Below are positions 53,413-64,000 of a stretch of 64,000 nt of DNA, one piece after another. The first letter of the stretch is position 1, and the number at the start of each line of letters is the position of its first letter. Under the pieces are notes generated by a model that ran no database searches, was not told the DNA's origin, and was given only the letters and a program-made list of their open reading frames with translations. Source of the stretch: Escherichia phage vB_EcoM_112; sequence record NC_024125.2. One strand, 5' to 3'. Made by a program: the position numbers and the translations under genes.

Positions 53413-56400
53413 ATGGCCGAGATTAAAAGAAAGTTCAGAGCAGAAGATGGTCTGGACGCAGGTGGTGATAAAATAATCAACGTAGCTTTAGCTGATCGTA
53501 CCGTAGGAACTGACGGTGTTAACGTTGATTACTTAATTCAAGAAAACACAGTTCAACAATATGATCCAACTCGTGGATATTTAAAAGATTTTGTAATCAT
53601 TTATGATAACCGCTTTTGGGCTGCTATAAATGATATTCCAAAACCAGCAGGAGCTTTTAATAGCGTACGATGGAGAGCGTTACGTACCGATGCAAACTGG
53701 ACAACTGTTTCATCAGGACCTTATCAATTAAAGTCAGGTGAATCAATTTCAGTTAATACTGCAGCAGGAAATGATATCACATTTACTTTACCATCTTCTC
53801 CAATTGATGGTGATACTATCGTTCTCCAAGATATTGGAGGAAAACCTGGAGTTAACCAAGTTTTAATTGTAGCTCCAGTGCAAAGTATTGTAAACTTTAG
53901 AGGTGAACAGGTACGTTCAGTACTAATGACTCATCCAAAGTCACAGCTAGTTTTAATTTTTAGTAATCGTCTGTGGCAAATGTACGTTGCTGATTATAGC
54001 AGAGAAGCTGTAGTTGTAACACCGGCAAGTCTCTATCAGGCGCAATCTAACGATTTTATCGTGCGTAGATTTACTTCTGCTGCACCAATTAATGTTAAAC
54101 TTCCAAGATTTGCTAATCATGGCGATATTATTAATTTCGTCGATTTAGATAAACTAAATCCGCTTTATCATACAATTGTTACTACATACGATGAAACGAC
54201 TTCAATACAAGAAGTTGGAACTCATTCCATTGAAGGCCGTACAACGATTGACGGTTTCTTGATGTTTGATGATAATGAGAAATTGTGGAGATTGTTTGAC
54301 GGGGATAGTAAAGCGCGTTTACGTATTATAACAACTAATTCTAATATTCGTCCAAATGAAGAAGTTATGGTATTTGGTGCGAATAACGGAACAGCTCAGA
54401 CAATTGAGCTTAAGCTTCCGACTGATATTTCTGTTGGTGATACTGTTAAAATTTCCATGAATTACATGAGAAAAGGACAAACAGTTAAAATCAAAGCTGC
54501 CGGTGAAGATAAAATTGCTTCTTCAGTTCAATTGCTGCAATTCCCAAAACGCTCAGAATATCCGCCTGAAGCTGAATGGGTTACAGTCCAAGAATTAGTT
54601 TTTAATGGTGAAACTAATTATGTTCCGGTTTTACAACTTGCTTATATAGAAGATTCTGACGGAAAATACTGGGTAGTACAGCAAAACGTTCCAACTGTAG
54701 AAAGAGTAGATTCTTTAAATGATTCTACTAGAGCAAGATTAGGCGTAATTGCTTTAGCTACACAAGCTCAAGCAAATGCTGATTTAGAAAATTCTCCACA
54801 AAAAGAATTGGCAATTACTCCAGAAACGTTAGCTAATCGTACTGCTACAGAAACTCGTAGAGGTATCGCAAGAATAGCAACTACTGCTCAAGTTAACCAG
54901 GATACTACATTCTCTTTTGCAGATGACCTTATCATTACTCCTAAAAAGCTGAATGAAAGAACAGCTACTGAAACTCGCAGAGGTGTTGCTGAAATTGCTA
55001 CGCAGCAAGAAACTAATGCAGGAACCGATGATACTACAATCATCACTCCTAAAAAGCTTCAAGCTCGCCAAGGTTCTGAATCATTATCTGGTATTGTAAC
55101 TTTTGTATCTACTGCAGGAGCTACTCCAGCTTCTAGTCGTGAATTAAATGGTACGAATGTTTATGATAAAAACACTAATAATTTAGTTGTTTCACCTAAA
55201 GCTTTGGATCAGTATAAAGCTACTCCAACGCAACAAGGCGCAGTAATTTTAGCAGTTGAAAGTGAAGTAATTGCTGGACAAAGCCAAGAAGGATGGGCAA
55301 ATGCGGTTGTAACGCCAGAAACGTTACATAAAAAGACATCAACTGATGCAAGAATTGGTTTAATTGAAATTGCTACGCAAAGTGAAGTTAACACAGGAAC
55401 TGACTATACTCGTGCAGTCACTCCTAAAACTTTAAATGACCGTAGAGCAACTGAAAGTTTAAGTGGTATAGCTGAAATTGCTACGCAAGTTGAATTCGAC
55501 ACAGGCGTCGACGATACTCGTATCTCTACACCATTAAAAATTAAAACCAGATTTAATAGTACTGATCGTACTTCTGTTGTTGCTCTATCTGGATTAGTTG
55601 AATCAGGAACTCTCTGGGACCATTATACCCTCAATATTCTTGAAGCAAATGAGACACAACGTGGTACACTTCGTGTAGCTACACAAGTTGAAGCTGCTGC
55701 AGGAACATTAGATAATGTTTTAATAACTCCTAAAAAGCTTTTAGGTACTAAATCTACTGAAGCGCAAGAAGGTGTTATTAAAGTTGCAACTCAGTCTGAA
55801 ACTGTGACTGGAACATCAGCAAATACTGCTGTATCTCCAAAAAATTTAAAATGGATTGTGCAGAGTGAACCTACTTGGGCAGCAACTACTCTGATAAGAG
55901 GTTTTGTTAAAACTTCATCTGGTTCAATTACGTTTGTTGGTAATGATACAGTCGGTTCTACCCAAGATTTAGAACTGTACGAGAAAAATAGTTATGCAGT
56001 ATCACCATATGAATTAAATCGCGTATTAGCAAATTATTTGCCGTTAAAAGCAAAAGCGGTAGATAGTAATTTATTAGATGGTCTAGATTCACTCCAGTTC
56101 ATTCGTAGGGATATTGCGCAGACAGTTAATGGATCATTAACCTTAACCCAACAAACGAATCTGAGTGCCCCTCTTGTATCATCTAGTACTGCTACGTTTG
56201 GTGGTTCAGTTTCGGCAAATAGTGTACTAACTATTTCTAATACTGGAACAGAAACTCATCTGATTTTTGAGAAAGGACCTCAAACTGGAACTAACCAAGC
56301 GCAGACGGTGACTATTAGAGTGTGGGGTAATCAATTTAGTGGGGAATCAGACACAACACGTTCTACTGTATTTGAAGTTGGTGATGAAACGTCTAATCAT

Positions 56401-57282
56401 TTTTATTCTCAGCGCAATAAAGCTGGAAATATAACATTTAATATCAACGGTACAGTAACACCTATAAATGTTAATGCTTCAGGAACATTGAATGCAAATG
56501 GTGTAGCAACATTTGGTAATTCAGTCACTGCAACTGGTGAAATTATTTCTCGAAGCGCAAATGCTTTCCGTGCTATTAACGGAAATTATGGTTTCATTGT
56601 TCGCAATGATGGATCAGTAACGAATTTTATGCTTACTGCATCGGGTGATCAGACTGGCGGATTTAATGGATTGCGTCCTTTAGCTATCAATAATGCATCT
56701 GGTCAAGTAACGATTGGCGAAAGCTTAATCATTGCCAAAGGTGCTACTATAAATTCAGGCGGTTTGACTGTTAACTCGAGAATTCGTTCTCAGGGTACTA
56801 AAACATCTGACTTATATACCCGTGCGCCAACATCTGATACTGTAGGATTCTGGTCAATCGATATTAACGATTCAGCCACTTATAACCAGTTCCCGGGTTA
56901 TTTTAAAATGGTTGAAAAAACTAATGAAGTGACTGGACTTCCATACTTAGAACGTGGTGAAGAGGTTAAATCTCCTGGTACACTGACTCAGTTTGGTAAC
57001 ACACTTGATTCGCTTTACCAAGATTGGATTACTTATCCAACAACACCAGAAGCGCGTACCACTCGTTGGACGCGCACATGGCAGAAAACCAAAAACTCTT
57101 GGTCAAGTTTTGTTCAGGTATTTGACGGAGGTAACCCTCCTCAACCATCTGACATCGGTGCTTTACCATCTGATAATGCTATAATGGGTAATCTTACTAT
57201 TCGTGATTTCTTACGAATTGGTAATGTTCGCATTGTTCCTGACCCAGTGAATAAAACGGTTAAATTTGAATGGGTTGAATAA
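53413..57282 (+). CDS. 34: Long tail fiber proximal subunit gp34
   Basis: 1289-aa ORF MAEIKRKFRAEDGLDAGGDKIINVALADRTVG...; internal ~40-aa repeats; matches T4 gp34. Confidence 0.95.
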   Translation: MAEIKRKFRAEDGLDAGGDKIINVALADRTVGTDGVNVDYLIQENTVQQYDPTRGYLKDFVIIYDNRFWAAINDIPKPAGAFNSVRWRALRTDANWTTVSSGPYQLKSGESISVNTAAGNDITFTLPSSPIDGDTIVLQDIGGKPGVNQVLIVAPVQSIVNFRGEQVRSVLMTHPKSQLVLIFSNRLWQMYVADYSREAVVVTPASLYQAQSNDFIVRRFTSAAPINVKLPRFANHGDIINFVDLDKLNPLYHTIVTTYDETTSIQEVGTHSIEGRTTIDGFLMFDDNEKLWRLFDGDSKARLRIITTNSNIRPNEEVMVFGANNGTAQTIELKLPTDISVGDTVKISMNYMRKGQTVKIKAAGEDKIASSVQLLQFPKRSEYPPEAEWVTVQELVFNGETNYVPVLQLAYIEDSDGKYWVVQQNVPTVERVDSLNDSTRARLGVIALATQAQANADLENSPQKELAITPETLANRTATETRRGIARIATTAQVNQDTTFSFADDLIITPKKLNERTATETRRGVAEIATQQETNAGTDDTTIITPKKLQARQGSESLSGIVTFVSTAGATPASSRELNGTNVYDKNTNNLVVSPKALDQYKATPTQQGAVILAVESEVIAGQSQEGWANAVVTPETLHKKTSTDARIGLIEIATQSEVNTGTDYTRAVTPKTLNDRRATESLSGIAEIATQVEFDTGVDDTRISTPLKIKTRFNSTDRTSVVALSGLVESGTLWDHYTLNILEANETQRGTLRVATQVEAAAGTLDNVLITPKKLLGTKSTEAQEGVIKVATQSETVTGTSANTAVSPKNLKWIVQSEPTWAATTLIRGFVKTSSGSITFVGNDTVGSTQDLELYEKNSYAVSPYELNRVLANYLPLKAKAVDSNLLDGLDSLQFIRRDIAQTVNGSLTLTQQTNLSAPLVSSSTATFGGSVSANSVLTISNTGTETHLIFEKGPQTGTNQAQTVTIRVWGNQFSGESDTTRSTVFEVGDETSNHFYSQRNKAGNITFNINGTVTPINVNASGTLNANGVATFGNSVTATGEIISRSANAFRAINGNYGFIVRNDGSVTNFMLTASGDQTGGFNGLRPLAINNASGQVTIGESLIIAKGATINSGGLTVNSRIRSQGTKTSDLYTRAPTSDTVGFWSIDINDSATYNQFPGYFKMVEKTNEVTGLPYLERGEEVKSPGTLTQFGNTLDSLYQDWITYPTTPEARTTRWTRTWQKTKNSWSSFVQVFDGGNPPQPSDIGALPSDNAIMGNLTIRDFLRIGNVRIVPDPVNKTVKFEWVE

Positions 57283-57290
57283 GAGGTATT

Positions 57291-58409
57291 ATGGAAAAAT
57301 TTATGGCAGAGTTTGGACAAGGATATGTCCAAACGCCATTTTTATCGGAAAGCAATTCAGTAAGATACAAAATAAGTATAGCGGGTTCTTGTCCGCTTTC
57401 TACTGCAGGACCACCATATGTTAAATTTCAGGATAATCCTGTAGGAAGTCAAACATTTAGCGCAGGCCTTCATTTAAGAGTTTTTGACCCTTCCACCGGA
57501 GCATTAGTTGATAGTAAGTCATATGCTTTTTCGACTTCAAATGATACTACATCAGCTGCTTTTGTTAGTTTCATGAATTCTTTTTCAAACAACAGACTTG
57601 TTGCTATATTAACAAGTGGAAAGGTTAATTTTCCTCCTGAGGTAGTATCTTGGCTAAGAGCCGCGGGAACGTCTGCTTTTCCATCTGATTCTATATTGTC
57701 AAGATTTGACGTATCATATGCTGCCTTTTATACTTCTTCTAAAAGAGCTATTGCATTAGAACATGTTAAACTAAGTAATAGAAAAAGCACAGACGATTAT
57801 CAAACTATTTTAGATGTTGTATTTGATAGTTTAGAAGACGTTGGAGCTACAGGATTTCCTAAAAGAACATACGAAAGCGTTGAGCAATTTATGTCAGCGG
57901 TTGGTGGAACTAATAACGAAATTGCACGTTTACCAACTTCATCCGCGATAAGTAAACTCTCTGATTATAATTTAATTCCTGGCGATGTTCTTTATCTTAA
58001 AGCACAGCTATATGCTGATGCCGATTTACTTGCGCTTGGAACTACAAATATATCTATCCGTTTTTATGATGAATCGAATGGATATATTTCTTCAACACAT
58101 GCTGAGTTTACTGGACAAGCTGGGTCATGGGAATTAAAGGAAGATTATGTAGTTATTCCAGAAAATGCAGTAGGATTTACGATATATGCACAAAGAACTG
58201 CCCAAGCAGGTCAAGGAGGCATGAGAAATTTAAGCTTTTCTGAAGTATCAAGAAATGGCGGCATTTCAAAACCTGCTGAATTTGGCGTCAACGGTATTCG
58301 CGTTAATTATGTCTGTGAATCCGCTTCGCCTCCAGATATAATGGTACTTCCTACACAAGCATCGTCTAAAACTGGTAAAGTGTTTGGGCAAGAATTTAGA
58401 GAAGTTTAA
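57291..58409 (+). CDS. 35: Long tail fiber hinge protein gp35
   Basis: 372-aa ORF with AAGAGG SD; size and position as T4 gp35. Confidence 0.9.
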   Translation: MEKFMAEFGQGYVQTPFLSESNSVRYKISIAGSCPLSTAGPPYVKFQDNPVGSQTFSAGLHLRVFDPSTGALVDSKSYAFSTSNDTTSAAFVSFMNSFSNNRLVAILTSGKVNFPPEVVSWLRAAGTSAFPSDSILSRFDVSYAAFYTSSKRAIALEHVKLSNRKSTDDYQTILDVVFDSLEDVGATGFPKRTYESVEQFMSAVGGTNNEIARLPTSSAISKLSDYNLIPGDVLYLKAQLYADADLLALGTTNISIRFYDESNGYISSTHAEFTGQAGSWELKEDYVVIPENAVGFTIYAQRTAQAGQGGMRNLSFSEVSRNGGISKPAEFGVNGIRVNYVCESASPPDIMVLPTQASSKTGKVFGQEFREV

Positions 58410-58414
58410 ATTGA

Positions 58415-58440
58415 GGGAGCCTTCGGGTTCCCTTTTTCTT
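58415..58440 (+). terminator. UUCG-hairpin terminator after gene 35
   Basis: GGGAGCC-UUCG-GGUUCCC followed by UUUUUCUUU. Confidence 0.55.
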
Positions 58441-58448
58441 TATAAATA
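58441..58448 (+). promoter_or_regulatory. T4-type late promoter (TATAAATA) upstream of gene 36
   Basis: Exact TATAAATA about 24 nt upstream of gp36 ATG. Confidence 0.6.
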
Positions 58449-58471
58449 CTATTAAAATAAAGGGGCATACA

Positions 58472-59128
58472 ATGGCTGATTTAAAAGTAGGTTCAACAAC
58501 CGGAGGCTCTGTCATTTGGCATCAAGGAAATTTTCCATTGAATCCAGCCGGTGACGATGTACTCTATAAATCATTTAAAATATATTCAGAATATAATAAA
58601 CCACAAGCTGCTGATAACGATTTCGTTTCTAAAGCTAATGGCGGTACTTATTTAAATAAAGTAATTTTTAATAAAGGAATGACTGTTCCTGGCGCAGGGT
58701 CAGGTGATAATGGTATTTTTGCTGGTCCTGGTGATAGTGCCACGTATGATACTACAAATATGGATATTGTTTCGTGGTATGGTATTGGTTTTAAATCATC
58801 ACAAGGAACAGCAGGTAGAACTGTAGTAATTAACACACGAAATGGAGATATTAGCTCAAAGGGCGTAATTGAAGCATCACAAATCCGTGTAACTTCGTTA
58901 TCACCAGTAAATAATTATGACCTTACGCGGAAAGATTATGTTGATGGAGCAATAAATATTGTTACAGCAAACGCAAACTCTAGGGTATTACGCTCTGGAG
59001 ACACTATGACAGGAAATTTAACTGCGCCAAACCTTTTTTCACAGAATCCTGCATCTCAACCCTCGCATGTTCCACGATTTGACCAAATTGTTATTAAGGA
59101 TTCTGTTCAAGATTTCGGCTATTATTAA
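58472..59128 (+). CDS. 36: Long tail fiber distal connector gp36
   Basis: 218-aa ORF; position and size as T4 gp36. Confidence 0.9.
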   Translation: MADLKVGSTTGGSVIWHQGNFPLNPAGDDVLYKSFKIYSEYNKPQAADNDFVSKANGGTYLNKVIFNKGMTVPGAGSGDNGIFAGPGDSATYDTTNMDIVSWYGIGFKSSQGTAGRTVVINTRNGDISSKGVIEASQIRVTSLSPVNNYDLTRKDYVDGAINIVTANANSRVLRSGDTMTGNLTAPNLFSQNPASQPSHVPRFDQIVIKDSVQDFGYY

Positions 59129-59136
59129 GAGGACTT

Positions 59137-63289
<4,153 letters not shown>

Positions 63290-63319
63290 TTTGAATAAAT
63301 ATCCTTAAAAGGAGGGTCT

Positions 63320-63976
63320 ATGTCAGCACCTAGAATATCATTTTCGCCCTCTGATATTCTATTTGGTGTTCTAGATCGCTTGTTCAAAGATAACGCTACC
63401 GGGAAAGTTCTTGCTTCCCGGGTAGCTGTCGTAATTCTTTTGTTTATGATGGCGATTGTTTGGTATAGGGGAGATAGTTTCTTTGAGTACTATAAGCAAT
63501 CAAAGTATGAAACATACAGTGAAATTATTGAAAAGGAAAGAACTGCACGCTTTGAATCTGTCGCCCTGGAACAACTCCAGATAGTTCATATATCATCTGA
63601 GGCAGACTTTAGTGCGGTGTATTCTTTCCGCCCTAAAAACTTAAACTATTTTGTTGATATTATAGCATATGAAGGAAAATTACCTTCAACAATAAGCGAA
63701 AAATCACTTGGAGGATATCCTGTTGATAAAACTATGGATGAATATACAGTTCATTTAAATGGACGTCATTATTATTCCAACTCAAAATTTGCTTTTTTAC
63801 CAACTAAAAAGCCTACTCCCGAAATAAACTACATGTACAGTTGTCCATATTTTAATTTGGATAATATCTATGCTGGAACGATAACCATGTACTGGTATAG
63901 AAATGATCATATAAGTAATGACCGCCTTGAATCAATATGTGCTCAGGCGGCCAGAATATTAGGAAGGGCTAAATAA
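63320..63976 (+). CDS. t: Holin T
   Basis: 218-aa ORF MSAPRISFSPSDILFGVLDRLFKDNATGKVLASRVAVVILLF... with one transmembrane segment; matches T4 T holin. Confidence 0.95.
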   Translation: MSAPRISFSPSDILFGVLDRLFKDNATGKVLASRVAVVILLFMMAIVWYRGDSFFEYYKQSKYETYSEIIEKERTARFESVALEQLQIVHISSEADFSAVYSFRPKNLNYFVDIIAYEGKLPSTISEKSLGGYPVDKTMDEYTVHLNGRHYYSNSKFAFLPTKKPTPEINYMYSCPYFNLDNIYAGTITMYWYRNDHISNDRLESICAQAARILGRAK

Positions 63977-64000
63977 TTATTTGTTTGTATACATCTCTAG

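Overview
This 64-kb window is a contiguous segment of a T4-like (T-even) myovirus genome, collinear with the phage T4 map from gene 17 (terminase large subunit, cut by the window edge) to gene t (holin). Identifications rest on reading the translated ORFs against T4 protein sequences and gene order as I recall them; no database search was run. Coordinates of coding regions are anchored on the supplied ORF track (ends include the stop codon); several starts were moved to the first ATG with a Shine-Dalgarno where the track had used a TTG/GTG start. Coordinates of promoters, hairpins and repeats were read by eye and may be off by 1-2 nt. Layout: plus-strand late structural block 1-11068 (17, 18, 19, 20, 67, 68, 21, 22, 23, 24); minus-strand rnlB, hoc, inh; plus-strand uvsW and uvsW.1; minus-strand uvsY; baseplate genes 25/26 (minus) and 51, 27, 28, 29, 48, 54 (plus); a long minus-strand early/middle block 24.7-53.3 kb (alt and partial paralogs, DNA ligase 30, 30.x ORFs, rIII, 31, cd, cd.x, pseT, spanin pair, alc, rnlA, denA, nrdB, nrdA, td, frd, 32, a GIY-YIG gene, 59, 33, dsbA, rnh); then plus-strand long-tail-fiber genes 34, 35, 36, 37, 38 and holin t. 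The most notable feature is that nrdA is in two separately framed pieces with an HNH endonuclease gene between them, where T4 (as I recall it) has an uninterrupted nrdA and mobE sits between nrdA and nrdB. Other differences from T4: the nrdB group I intron carries a full-length I-TevIII-like ORF, the td intron carries an in-frame deletion remnant of I-TevI, segD/segE/mobE are absent from their T4 positions, and the distal tail fiber is T2-type (gp37 with a C-terminal chaperone domain plus a glycine-rich gp38 adhesin). No rRNA, tRNA or CRISPR array was found.
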